Origin: Hydrolagus colliei
Lineage: Eukaryota
NCBI GenBank assembly: GCA_035084275.1
Contig: CM068748.1
Span: 10,230,001 to 10,294,000, forward strand
Direction of reading: 5' to 3'
Length of the DNA: 64,000 nucleotides
Shown: positions 49,301-61,640 of the stretch, in pieces
Layout: each line of letters opens with the position of its first letter
Numbering within the stretch: position 1 is the first letter of the stretch
The notes under the pieces: model-generated
Seen by the model: the letters and a program-made list of their open reading frames with translations, nothing else
Databases searched by the model: none
What the model was told of the DNA's origin: nothing
Program-made: the position numbers and the translations under genes

Positions 49301-52300
49301 TTAGATCAGAAAGCTTTTGGGAGATGTGTAAGTGGAGAGAAGAACTGAATTTACACAATATGAGTTTCAGAATGAAATTGTCTCAACGTTGTGAAAATGT
49401 TTAGAATATATTTGATATTCAGCATATTTTAAATGAATTATTTCTGTCCAGATGCAGTACAATTAACATTTTGATATATTTTGGGATTCAGACAACAACA
49501 ACAACAAAATTACATCTATATCGCACCTTTCACGTCAGGAGGACGTGCCAAGGTGCTGAACGGTTAGGTTGGGACCCGAGCGATGGGGGGGGTGGGTCGG
49601 GGTAGGGGCAAGGAGAGTAGGAAAGGGGGGGAAGAGTTAGGAGGGAAGCAGAAGGCACGGTCGAAGAGGAAGGTCTTGAGACCGGCCTTAAAGGAGGAAA
49701 AGGAGGAAGCAAGGCGAAGGGATTGCGGGATGGAGTTCCAGAGAGGCTGAAAGCACAGCCACCGATGGTAGGATGGTTTGGGCGGGAGACATGGAGCAGG
49801 CCAGAGCCCGCTGAACGAAGGGGACGGGCAGGCTGATAGGGGGACAGTAGGTCGGAGAGATAGGTTGAAACTAGGGGCAAGGCCATGAATGGCCTTGAAA
49901 GTGAGGATGAGGATCTTGAAGACAAGTGCCTATAACTAGTAGAAAGTCACATCTAAGCAAGGTATTGATCTACAGTTTTCCACGATTGTTGAAAATTGGT
50001 CCCAGAGACCTAGACCATAAAATAAAGATCAAATACATTTCTACATCAAATATGCAAATTACTTTAAATCAATCCAAACATATTCATAACATTTGTCATC
50101 TAAATTTTTTTACCAAGTACTTTCAGTGGTGTTTTCCCAAGTCTCAAAATCGATGCTGCAAATGGAATTGCTAATGTTATGTAGTTGTTGGGATCGCTCA
50201 ACAGAGGACATTCTGTAAGAGTAATATAGACTCTCATGGCCTCTACATCAGGAGGGGATTTGGGAAGTCTCGGGATCAAATTTTTCTCCATACTAGCTGC
50301 CACCTGGAAGAAAAAACAAAAGTTAGTTAAGATATGAAGAACATAAGAATTAGGAGCAGGATTAGGCCATTTGAGCCCTCAAGCCTGCCCCGCTATTCGA
50401 TAAGATCATGGCTGATCCTTTGACCTAACTCATTACCTGCCCTATCCCCATATCCCTCTATTTAAAAAAAATCTATCAGTCTCAACCTTGAAAATGTTCA
50501 AGGACTGAGCATCTACAGCCTTCTGGGGTAGTGAATTCCATAAATTCACACCCTGAGTGAAGAAATGTTTCCTCAACTCTGTTCTAAAAGGCTGACACTT
50601 AATTTTAAGACTGTGACTCCTGGTTATAGATTCTCCTACCAGGGGAAACAGTCCCACCTTGTCTACTTTATCCAGCCCTTTAAGAATCTTATATGTTTCA
50701 ATAAGATCTCCCCTAATTCTTCTGTACTCTAGAGAATACAGTCCTAGTTTATTCAACCTATCCTCATAGATTAGTCCCCTATTAGTCCCCAGGAACTAAC
50801 CTAGAGAATCTACGCTGCACCAGCTCTAAGGCAAGTATGTCCTTCTTTAAATAAGGAGACCAAAACTGCACACAATACTCTAGGTGCAGTCTCACCAAGG
50901 CCCTATACAGTTGCAGCAAAACTTCCCTACTCTTGTACTCTAAACCCTTTGCAATGAACGCTAACATGCCATTCGCCTTCTTAGTTGCTTAAATTGCTTA
51001 GATAGAAGCAATATTTATTCTGACTTGCAATTACGACAAGCTATATCAGCCTCTAATTTACCGTTGCAGTTTTTAAACATACACTTTTATAATACCTGTT
51101 GAGAAATCTGAGGCTGGTCAGATCGGATGAGTTTGTAGAATAATAATCGAGTTGTATTCATATCAATCCCAGAGTATTTGTGACTGGTTGTATAATGATC
51201 ATCATTGCTGAAAGAAAAATGCAATATATTATTTCCAGAATTAGATTTTTACAAAAAATAACCAGTTTATGTGTACATAATTCACTTCATGCAGAGTAGC
51301 ATCTTGGAGCGCTTAACAGTGGTGGAGCTGGATGCCGAGCTGGCGAAAGTGATTGTTGGCAGGGTTGAAAAGGACGGTCTTGAGTTTTGATCTGCAGACA
51401 GGCAGCGGTATTGAGCAAGATAGTTCCGTATTTTCAGGGCGCACAAAAACCACCAAAAATAAAGTCAATTCATTTTACAGCATATATTGTGAAGCTCTTT
51501 GAGACATTTCAATAATGCGATAAGGGCAGAATCAAATGCAAGGATTATTATTATTAATTATTATTATCAGTGGGTTGTTGGAACCTGTGAAGGATTGTTG
51601 TAATAATTGAGCTATGAAATTTGAAGTGGGTGATGAATGGTAGAATGAGCTAGGGAGACCAACGAGGAGGGAATAAAGGTAGGTGACAAATGCATGTACA
51701 GTAAAAGCCCATTTATCCTCCACCCTCGGGACCTGGCCAATGCCGGTTAAAGCATATGCCGGATATTCGGCCGTTAATGGCCAAAATAAATTGTAATGCA
51801 TTTTCCCAGATAAATTCCGATTAATCGAAAGCAGACTTTTTTTGAGATGCCAGTTATATGGAAGCTACGGTTGATCGGGTGTCAGATAAATTGGCTTTTA
51901 CTGTATAAAGCTTTTGGCTGAGTTGGGTGTGAGTTACAGTTGGAGGTGAACTTTGTGGCGGGGGTGGAGAAAAGTCAGGAACCAAAGACAAATTATAAAT
52001 AATTCTTTGAGGAAAATGTAAGTGCATTACAATTATTTCAAGGATTGAAAATATGATCTTTTTCAGCCTGCACACTCTTTAACAACTGTTTGGTTCTGAA
52101 CACCTCCGTAGCTTCTGACCTAACCATTCGGAAGAATAATTGATCCTTCCAGGCTGATCAAATTTAAATATGTCAGCAATTAACTGTAGTGACCTACAGC
52201 TATACACAGAAAAACATACTATACCTCCTAGCAAGGAAGCTTCCATTCAAGCAGCCTGGTGATGAGAACACTGCATCAACTTCACTGGGAAAAGCAACAA

Positions 52301-55300
52301 ACATTTAATTAAATATAGATCTTTACACCTCAGGCACTGACAGCATCACCATCCAAGGATGCACACTTCACCAAACCAATCTGGAATCTTGGCATCTTGT
52401 TTGATCCTCAGCAGTACTTGCTATCCCACATCTGTGCCATGACCCACTTGGCCTTCCCCTACATCTCTGCAAATCACCCAGCTCCTCATTGTTTCATACC
52501 GCAGGCCACCAAGATCCCCATACACAACATCCAGGCTCAATTTTACAAAGTCCCTGCTTATCGGCACTCCACCCCCACTCCCCTCCTCTCTCCAAAGGCA
52601 GAACTCATCCAGAACTCTGCAGCCTGTGTCCTCTCCTGCATCAAGCTCCGCGATCCTATCCGGCCCATGCAGTTCAAGATCCAGGTCCTCAGTTTCAAAG
52701 TCCTCTGTGGCCTTGCTCCCCTCAATCGCCGGGACCCGACCTATCAACCTGCCTGCTGCCTCCGCTCAGCGAACTCCAGCCTGCTTCACATCCCCTGCCT
52801 CACCCACCTACTACTGACTGGCGCCTTCAGCCACTCTGCCCCCACACCATGGAAACCCATCCCGCAGTCCCTCCAACTCGCCCTCTCCCTTGCCTCTTTC
52901 AAGACTCGTTTCAGGACCCTTTTCTTAGACCCTGCCTTTAGTCAACATCCTTCACCCTCTCTAATCCTGATCCTCAGATCAAGTCCAAAACAGTTAGTCC
53001 AGTGTCTAGGGAGTCCTCCCGACGTGAAAGGTGGTATATAAATGTAATTTTGTTGTTCTTTATATATATTCAGATTATGCCAAAGGGAGGAAATTGCACC
53101 TCCTTATTCTTCAACCTCCAAAGGAACATTCTTGTCAAAATCTTCCTTTCAATTTCCAAATTCTCCAAACCCTGAAGATCTCTTTCTTTGACCACGCTTA
53201 TCAACCTAGGAATGTTATGTGCCTTGGACATCCTACCAAAATGCAAGGCAGCAAAGTAAAAACATAGCTTCATTCTTGAGACTGAACACTGAACTTCAGT
53301 TTGTCCCCTGAAGGAAGCAGTATCGAACCTGAAATTGTGGGACAGAATCTAATCGGGGTATTCAAATTCTTCTGACATCAGTTTTCACGTGCTAAAGGGA
53401 AGGATAAGATTATTTAGCTAATGGGATCAGATCTCTCCAACATTTCACAATCCTATTTTGCATGGTGACAGGACGAGCCGTGGGCAGCTATTCAAGCCAC
53501 AAGCAGCAGAACTGGTGACTATTGTGCGTGTTCTGTATCATGGTGGAAATGATAAGAGTGCAGATCTACTGCAAAACACTGACCAGGATCTGGCAATCAG
53601 ATCTGGCGATCTGTGCTCCACCCACAGATCAGCCCAATTAATTTGCATGCCTGGCACAACCCGAAAATGGGTAAAGGCAAAGGGACTGAGGGAGCGAGTT
53701 CCATAACTTCGGGGCATAGTGGCTGAAGGAACGGCTGCTGAATGTGGAGCAGAAGATTTAAAGAACAAGGAGGAGGCTGGAACCAATAGAGCGGAGGCAG
53801 CGAGTAGTGTTGGAGAGACAGAGGAGTTCCAAGGTATGGAGGGATTGAAATACTAAAGTGACAATCTTGAAGTCGACCCGCTGTGACTGGGAGCCAATGG
53901 AGTTTGGCAAGGGCTGGGGTAATCGGGGTGCAGTTTAGTGTGGGTGAGAATGCTATAATCTATTTCTCATGAAACTATTAAAAATTCCAAAACACACGCA
54001 CACATGGTGAATGGATTGGCATATAGAATTTGCCCATTACTTACTCAATTATCTCTGAAGAAGGTCTTCCTGAAGCATTATTTATCCATCTGCAGACGAT
54101 TTCATGATTTAATATGAAAATTTGTTTTGACATGACAGGCTTTCGGAAATCATCTGGTGGCAATGAATTCTGAAAACGAAATGTTGTATAAACATTCGGC
54201 AAGTTTTCTTATTCCATACTCCTGATAATAATCCCTCAAGAAAACAGCAATAATAATTTGGTCACTCAATCCACGACTATTTGTGGGACACTGCTGTGTG
54301 CAATTGGCTAAATTGTTTTACCGCATTCCAGTGTGTATATAATGTATAGATCTAATCCACAATGTGTAGATATTACAAACCCCTTTGAGATCTCTTGTGA
54401 TAAACTGTTTAATTTTACCTTTAGAGAAGAGTAATGTGCAAAACTTTGGTCACCACCAGAGTAAATGGCCGTTACACAAAAAAAGTCATCATCAACATCT
54501 GCAATAAATTAAAAAAATGTTGTCCGAATGTTTCATAAAATGTGATTTATACTATGACAGGTATTAATGCCCTTAAATGGAAGACGTTAGACACAAAATA
54601 ATTCGTAATCCATGAACAAAATTTGTTGCAATTCTATATCGTTCTTAAGATTCAAACATTAGTTAAATATTCTGATTGAATTATTATTTTCAATAACTTG
54701 CATCACCCAAGTTTCAGTCATTTTGTTTCACAATAGAATGTATCGATTTATATTTTTTAATCTTATTTGATGAATTGAGGATCAATCAAAGGAGTACAAA
54801 GTCTATTCATTTAAAAAAAACTCACATGACCACACACAAGATAAAATCCAAAATTTACAAACAAATGCACCTATCAGATGAGATAGATTGACACTTACCA
54901 GGAGTGAAAGGAAAAACTGCACCATGAACAGCCCATGCTGCTTTCACAATGGAAGGACTTTTCCTGTTACTTGTAAACCCGGTTCCTAATTGACCATTTC
55001 CTCCTAGACCAAATGAATACAACTTTCCAGAAGATGGGATGAATGCCATTGTGTGTTGTCTAAAGAATAAATACACATTTGCTTTTAATATATTTGAAAA
55101 TTTAAAAGTGCATATGGTTATTAATATTTCTAAATAACGTATGAATAAGCCCAAAATATTTGAAAGTTGTAGGGCACAGCTTACAGACATGGTTATGCAT
55201 AATAATGAAATAAACACAACTAAAACATTAATTATAACAAAACCAGAAGTCAGTGGGAACACTCAGCCAGTCAAGCAGCATTTATGGAGAAAGGAAAGGT

Positions 55301-58300
55301 GGGTCTACAACTCTCAACAGAACTGGGGCATGTTGGGAAGGAGAGGCTGGGAAGGAAGATGAAGAACAAAATGGAGTAGAGGGCAGAAAATGATGGGTTA
55401 AAAATATGTTAATGGTGCAAAACAAAGGGGGGTATTGCAACCAAACAGCAGAGGTGTTAATAATGCAAGAGGGGGGAGGGGAGATGCAACAGAACAAACA
55501 GACCACCAGAATAAAGCATTATTTATTTTGATTAGTCAATGGAAATTAGATACAAACCTTCCACAAGCAATTTGTGTGACAACGTTTCCCATCAATTCAA
55601 AGACTTTTCTTGGATTTATTTCATGGTTTGTGGTGTTATGTCCCAATTGACCATATCCTCCAGCACCAAATGTAAACACTCCGCCTTCCTTAAAATAAAT
55701 TCAAATTTGAATTACAACTATGTTTATTCACAAAACCTGGCTAAATGTTTAAATGCGCACTCAAAATGCCACATTTATGTCAGCACTTTTTGTACAGGGA
55801 CACCATGTTAACATTTCATCAATCTTACATTCAAGTTACTTTAAAATCAATTGAATATTATACAGAATTGCACTTCTAATCATACTAACATAATCATCCT
55901 TGCATTTGATACAGCACTTTTCACGTCTTCTGGACATCTCAAGGCGCTTCCCAGAATATATTGGAAAGTGAACTTACTGTATATTTGTGGGTGAAACGCG
56001 GCAGCCAATCACACACAGCAGTGTCCCACAAACAGTTGTGGAATGAAATTACCCCCCAAAATTTCAAGGGATTATAATGAGGATTAATTCAGTACAATTA
56101 TTTGGATACTGATGTAGAAAATGCTTGAAGTTTTATTTCACGCAAAACATGAATCTCCTGTTTGTACCCAATTTCACCATCCAGGCCATCTTTAAAATGC
56201 TGCCAACAAAATCTCAATTCTAGGTAAAACAATGTCAACCTAATGCTCATTAAGCACCAAAATAGTTTTGAATAGATAAATCTTGGTCAATAAATTAATT
56301 TAAAATGAACTGAAGACTGCAACAAGATTTCTGCACTAACCCTGCCTTTAATTAGTTTATTCAAAAAATGCTGTGAATGTATGCTTTATACATATACTTT
56401 TCATAATTAATATTAAACACTAATTTGACAATTGAAAAGCTGATTGTTTGGATTACCATTTGGAAAGCTTTAAGTAATTGTTTAGCTGTTTGGATAATAA
56501 TGAGATTGAAGAAGAATTAACGCTAACAACCTTACAGGGAGCTAATATTGTTTCCCCAGAGCAACCCAGTCGAATCATCCATGTAAAATAGGCAGATCAT
56601 TTGCTATATACTGTGATTTATTGAAGTCACACAATCTCTTCCAATTAAAAACAAATATGTAAACCTACCTTTGTAAGGGCTGCAGTGTGATCTTCACCAC
56701 AGCAAATATAAACAACTTTCTGAGTCCGCAAAGACTTCAGGAGAGTAGGAACATTTCTGTCTGGGATTAAAATTTAATTGACTTTCAGTGAAAAAGAGAT
56801 TATAGTGAGAATAAAATATTTTAGTCAAAATGAAGTTTATTAGTTAAGCAAAACTTCAAGCCAGAAAAATAAATTTAAATCAGATCTTCATAAAAAAAAC
56901 ATATTGTACTATATGGACCCCTGTAAAGTTTTATTACTATCTACTTTACAAAATATTCAGGCAAACAGTTTAACTTGTTGTCCTATTTAATAAATTGCTT
57001 TTTTAATAGTTATTTTCTTCTTCTCTTAAAACGAGTCACAATGCTTTAGACTACTAACCTCTTTCATCATTTAGGCCCAATTGCCCAAATTTGTTGCGTC
57101 CCCACCCAAAGACTGCTCCTGAGAAAGTGAGTGCAAAGGTGTGAGCTCCACCTGCTGCAATTTGAATAAAAGGAATGCCATTTAAGGATTGGATTTGCTG
57201 TGCTGTTGATTTGCTTGTAGTATCTTGGCCTAATCCTAATTGTCCATATTTATTCTGTCCCCACGAAAAAACTTGGCTCCCTGTAAGATAAAATGTATTA
57301 GTTATGTTATAGAAGTATTGCAAACAGTGAACAAATAAATATGTTTGTATAACTGAGCAAAAAACATTTCAGTTAGCTTAACCCTTTAGAACATACTTCT
57401 TAGGTTGAACGTCACAGTCAAGAATTAAGCATTTTTGCTTCTTACCTTTAGATAAGGCTAGAGAATGATAGTATCCACATGCCACCTGCACTATTCGTAT
57501 TTCTGACAGACTCCTTATATTCCTACAATACGAATGAAAGCATTTTTATAGACATTTAAAAGAGACCAAAAAGAATGTCTGTTCTGTAACACACACTGAT
57601 GATTTCACCAAATTAAGGAAGTTATACCTTAATTTATCAAACTGCCAGTGATGAAAGAAATAGCATTTTTGTAATATGAAAATTGATAACTTGAAAGGAT
57701 GCTTACAAAAATTTCCATATTTTTGTAAGCACCCTTTCAAGTTATCAATGGAAATTGAAGGCTAATGAAGAATTAAAAGTATTGTAAAATACTAACATTC
57801 AGAATCCAATGAATTTTAGAAGTAGATATTTATGAGATTTGTTTTCAAACAAAAGTCAAGTGAAAGAAAAGATTATACTGAATATTCTCTTAGTTTTCTT
57901 GAGCAGCACACAATTGATTTTTCTATTAACTTAGCCAAGGTATCTTGCTGAGATAACACATCAGATATACCAAAAAGTTGCAAATGACAAGACAAATGGT
58001 GATGATAACCCAACTCAAAATTACCTTCTGGTTCAACAACTCTTTTGGTTAGCAAATAATATATGGTCAATTCTTAAAACAAGAGCCATATAAAGATGAA
58101 GGCTGAAGTTAAAACGCTGTCCCTCCACCTCGCCTCCTTCAAGACCCATCTAGAGACCCTACACTTCGAACGTGCCTTTGGTCACCCTCCTTTCCACCTG
58201 CCCTCCACCCGAACCTCAGCTCAGGTCCAAAATCCTGATTGTCCAGACATTAAATGCACTATACAAATGTAATTTTGTTATCGTCACCCAAACCATCTTT

Positions 58301-60763
58301 CATTTAAGTGCAATGTTGTCTATGGAGTGAAGGTCAATGTTGTCTATGGAATGAACACAATTTTTTGTGTTCCTATGTTTCTATTGGTCAAGCCATATTC
58401 CTGACTTGTCTCTAATTTATTGTTGATTTTATTAACTTTTAATCGTTAGCCAATTTAAGCTATGAAAAAGGTTTCAAACCGAATTAGCACTCACTGCAGA
58501 GGTGAACTTGTATTAACAATTTTCTCATTACTGGTGGTAAACCCAAATAAACCATTTGTGTACTTTTTAAGAAAAACATTGAGAGTACAGAAACTAAGAT
58601 AATCATCAAGACAAGCTGATCTTTCACTATGTACCATAAATGTCTTTCATTTTTGTTATCCATTTAGCAGCATTTTAACAGACCACTTACCTGGGAACTC
58701 TGACAGATTCTTCTGTGCTGGATATTCCCACTTGACCATCAGTGGCAAGGCCCCAAGCAAACACTTGACCTTCGTCGTTTAGAGAAAGTGTGTGCATTTC
58801 TCCACACGAAACAGCAATGATATTCTGAGCATCCAAAGCACTAACCTGCTCTATACAACAAAACAAAAATGTTAGTTTACCCCTTCCTATTACAGTTTGC
58901 TACCAGTCAAATTATTTCACATCCAAATAAATTTAGTTTGAGTCTGTACCAATAGAACTAAATACTGTACTGTTGTAACAAACAGGATTTGTTCACAGAT
59001 ATGCTTGATACAGAATTAAATTGTCTGTTTGATGTTTGCAATCATTTAATTTACATACAAATTCTATGGGATAGTTCCATAAACAAATTCTCCATGGAAT
59101 ACCATGATGTCTGCACTGTTTGGGTGTGGAAAGAATGGGAAGACACGATGTTGTCTATGGAGTGAAGGTCAGATTGTATTCATGTCGAAGTGTGGATGGA
59201 AGATTTGACATTGGGGTTCAGTAACTCTAAACAAAGCCTTCTCCCAGTATGTGATGAAGTCCTGATGAACCAAACTACCCTTTCTTGTTTAATGCTTTCT
59301 ATTCTAAATAAAAGTAAAGACATCTGATCAAGCAAATAGTTTTTCCAAACATGCCTATCATTCATACTTTGATACACTGTCACCTGTGGCATGCCCCAAG
59401 GCTCTGTCCTTGGCTCCCTACTTTTCAACATCTATATGTTTCTATTTGGTGACATCATCCGCAGACATGGGGTTAACTTCCACATGTATGCGGATGACAC
59501 CCAACTCTATCTCTCTGCGTCTACCCTCGACTCCAGGACTACCACTGCCCTGACAAGACTATCCTGGGTGAGAGCTAACTTTCTACAGTTCAATGTCAAC
59601 AAGACGGAGGCCCTACTGATATCAACTTCCATGGTTGCACACTCAACCTCACCAAGCCAGTCAGGAAATTAGGTGTCTTATTTCACCCTCAACTGTCTTT
59701 CCTCACTCACATTCAAGCAATGATTCACTCTGCCTTTCGCCACCTCTGCAGCATTCCCCAACTCCGCCATTACCTCACCCCTAAAGCCGCTGAAACCCTC
59801 ATCCACGCCTTCATTACATCCCACTTCGACTATGCAAATATCTTGCTGGTTGGCTTTCCCAATTCCTCCCTCCACACGCTGCAGATAATCCAGAACTCTG
59901 CGCCCCGTGTCCTCTACCGTTCCAAACTCCGTGACCCCATTGCCCCCATCCTTGCCCGATTCCATTGGCTCCCTATCATCTAGAGGATCCAATTCAAGAT
60001 CCTGGTCCTCACATTTAAAGCCTTTCACAAACTCGCCCCACCCTACATCTGTGACCTCCTATCCCTTTACCAACCTGCCCGTCCCCTCCGTTTAGCAGGC
60101 TCTGGCCTGCTCCACATCCACCGACCCACTTGCCCAACCATTGGCGGGCGAGCTTTCAGTCACTCTGCCCCCAATCTCTGGAACTCCATCCCGAAGTCCC
60201 CTCCCTGGCCTGGTTCAAATCTCGCCTCAAGACTCTCCTCTTCGATGGACCCATCGGCAATTCCTCCCCCCACCGCCCCGTCCTCAGCTCGGGTCTGAAG
60301 CAGTATTTGTCCAGCTCCTTGGGACGTCCTCCTTACGTGAGGACTAGGATCTTGAATTGGAGACGCTATATAATGTAATTTTGTTGTTACTTGACCCAGT
60401 GAAAATCATTCACAAGCACAATAATTTATTGACCAAATAATGTAAATGGTTTCAGTCTATTAGAAAGCATTTTTCTCACACTGCATCTCAATTATGTCAA
60501 ATAGATAAGTTACATGAAATGCATCTGAAAGACTCACCTGGTCTCTTTCTCCCTTTTTCATGTCCCAGTTGACCGAGATCATTACATCCACAGGTATAAA
60601 CTGTCCCATCGTGAATAACAAAAACAGTATGTCTGCGACCACAGCCCACATCGATAATCCTTTTCTTCTTGAAAAACGTACAAGTTCTTGGCTCCAGAAC
60701 AACTTCTTCATCTATACCACCCAGTCCGAGTTGTCCAAAGGAGGCATTCCCCCAACATAACAT
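43138..60763 (-). CDS. HERC4: HECT/RLD E3 ubiquitin ligase HERC4, 23 coding exons plus a 24-nt microexon (~1048/1056 aa)
   Basis: [16 protein letters not shown] start, RCC1 repeats, HECT end [20 protein letters not shown]. All exon phases consistent; syntenic with SIRT1. Confidence 0.97.
43469..43571 (-). CDS. HERC4: HERC4 exon
   Basis: [29 protein letters not shown]. Confidence 0.95.
43791..44318. mobile_element. Degenerate hAT MITE related to 15872-16634, nested with L2 pieces
   Basis: TAGGGTCC../..CGCCAGACACTA ends; TSD ATTCACAG/CTTCACAG (7/8); same ATCGAT-rich subtermini. Confidence 0.8.
44607..44790 (-). CDS. HERC4: HERC4 exon
   Basis: [30 protein letters not shown]. Confidence 0.96.
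45362..45444 (-). CDS. HERC4: HERC4 exon
   Basis: [27 protein letters not shown]. Confidence 0.94.
45537..45603 (-). CDS. HERC4: HERC4 exon
   Basis: [22 protein letters not shown]. Confidence 0.95.
45718..45884 (-). CDS. HERC4: HERC4 exon
   Basis: [35 protein letters not shown]. Confidence 0.96.
46591..46734 (-). CDS. HERC4: HERC4 exon
   Basis: [26 protein letters not shown]. Confidence 0.96.
46925..47092 (-). CDS. HERC4: HERC4 exon
   Basis: [26 protein letters not shown]. Confidence 0.96.
47256..47348 (-). CDS. HERC4: HERC4 exon
   Basis: [31 protein letters not shown]. Confidence 0.95.
47550..47573 (-). CDS. HERC4: HERC4 24-nt cassette microexon
   Basis: tttag|GAC TTC AGC AGT GGA ACA CAA GAG|gtaagc = DFSSGTQE, phase 0-0. 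Confidence 0.75.
48674..48793 (-). CDS. HERC4: HERC4 exon
   Basis: [24 protein letters not shown]. Confidence 0.95.
48920..49092 (-). CDS. HERC4: HERC4 exon
   Basis: [18 protein letters not shown]. Confidence 0.95.
49494..49925 (-). mobile_element. L2 3' fragment
   Basis: [22 protein letters not shown]; (CAA)n tail. Confidence 0.9.
50114..50303 (-). CDS. HERC4: HERC4 exon
   Basis: [31 protein letters not shown]. Confidence 0.96.
50336..50990 (-). mobile_element. CR1-clade LINE 3' fragment
   Basis: [27 protein letters not shown]; [20 protein letters not shown]; NLWNSLP. Confidence 0.93.
51096..51207 (-). CDS. HERC4: HERC4 exon
   Basis: [22 protein letters not shown]. Confidence 0.95.
51699..51903. 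mobile_element. Tc1/mariner (Tigger/pogo-like) MITE
   Basis: 19-bp TIRs CAGTAAAAGCC(C/A)ATTTATC, flanked by TA on both sides. Confidence 0.85.
52225..52284 (-). CDS. HERC4: HERC4 exon
   Basis: [19 protein letters not shown]. Confidence 0.94.
52325..53058 (+). mobile_element. L2 3' fragment
   Basis: [26 protein letters not shown]; tail. Confidence 0.88.
53665..53950 (-). mobile_element. Old L2 fragment
   Basis: Degenerate match to the L2 ORF2 end (gggagccaatggagtttggcaagg). Confidence 0.7.
54045..54169 (-). CDS. HERC4: HERC4 exon
   Basis: [26 protein letters not shown]. Confidence 0.92.
54419..54498 (-). CDS. HERC4: HERC4 exon
   Basis: [27 protein letters not shown]. Confidence 0.94.
54899..55059 (-). 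CDS. HERC4: HERC4 exon
   Basis: [25 protein letters not shown]. Confidence 0.96.
55558..55688 (-). CDS. HERC4: HERC4 exon
   Basis: [23 protein letters not shown]. Confidence 0.96.
55890..56080 (-). mobile_element. SINE 3' half
   Basis: Matches the family core and tail. Confidence 0.8.
56669..56760 (-). CDS. HERC4: HERC4 exon
   Basis: [31 protein letters not shown]. Confidence 0.96.
57059..57280 (-). CDS. HERC4: HERC4 exon
   Basis: [33 protein letters not shown]. Confidence 0.96.
57446..57522 (-). CDS. HERC4: HERC4 exon
   Basis: [25 protein letters not shown]. Confidence 0.96.
58691..58850 (-). CDS. HERC4: HERC4 coding exon 2
   Basis: [33 protein letters not shown]. Confidence 0.96.
59372..60390 (+). 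mobile_element. L2 LINE 3' ~1 kb (RT to tail)
   Basis: [25 protein letters not shown]; [16 protein letters not shown]; tail. Confidence 0.93.
60538..60763 (-). CDS. HERC4: HERC4 first coding exon
   Basis: [32 protein letters not shown]; G|gtgagt. Confidence 0.97.
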
Positions 60764-60929
60764 GGCTAATCTTGGAGGAATCCAGGTTAAGATGCCTCTG
60801 CCGGAAGACGTTCTCTATTAAGATGATGGTTTAAAAATACACTATATTAGAACAGATTCGACTTTCGGCTGCAGCCCATTGCCTTCCTCAAGGGGGAGGG
60901 GATCTCAGTCCCCAGTCCTTAACCCGGGC

Positions 60930-61052
60930 GCAATTGGCTGCCACGTTTCGCCCACGAACATAAGAGTCAATTCACTTTACAGTATATTCTGTGAAGCGCT
61001 TTGATACGTCTAGAAGACGTGAAAAGCGCAATATCAAATGCAAGTATTATTG
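60930..61052 (+). mobile_element. SINE 3' half
   Basis: caattggctgcc..gtcaattcactttacag..atcaaatgcaagtattatt. Confidence 0.82.
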
Positions 61053-61269
61053 TTAATATAACTTGACCCCTCCTCCCAAACCCACTCTATTCCTCACAGA
61101 CATATCGCAAACCTCGCCCACTTCGAACGAGCCTCGTGTTTAATTAGGAGAGGCACATCAGAGTGCAAACAGACGGCCAAGGAATGCAAATGAGGACGAG
61201 GACAGCTCCACCCCTAACCCTCTGATTCAGTCTCCCAGCCTCAAGTGTCAAAGGATATTATAAGAAAAG

Positions 61270-61640
61270 AAACGGAAATACACACCTCTCTCAGCCGCTC
61301 CGCTCACACCTCCCGAGAGCCAGCAGACAAGCCGCCCCGGCAAAGCTTTGCGTGACTGGGTGCTGAACTCGGCAGATGTGATCTGTGATAACGATGTGTT
61401 GTGATGGCGGACGGCAGTTTTTCTCCGCTGGTCGGTTCGAAACGTTTCCAGAAAGGTCTTGAGCGGACGGCCAACGGCAGGAAGTGACGCCACAATTCCA
61501 TCAAACGCTTCCATCCTCGGGTCAGAGGCCAGCCGGAAGCCGTCACCGGGCGCCGCGCGCTGGTTCTTGGGAGCTGTAGTTCCGCGCCGGCTTCACACCC
61601 ATTGTTGCGGTGGGTTCTTTGACGGAGCAGAGGTCGCAGG
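61270..61640 (-). promoter_or_regulatory. HERC4 CpG-island promoter with ETS (GGAAG) sites and ZNF143/THAP11-type ACTACAnnTCCCA motif (61568-61580)
   Basis: CpG-rich; caggaagtgacg, ccggaagc, tgggagctgtagt. Confidence 0.72.
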
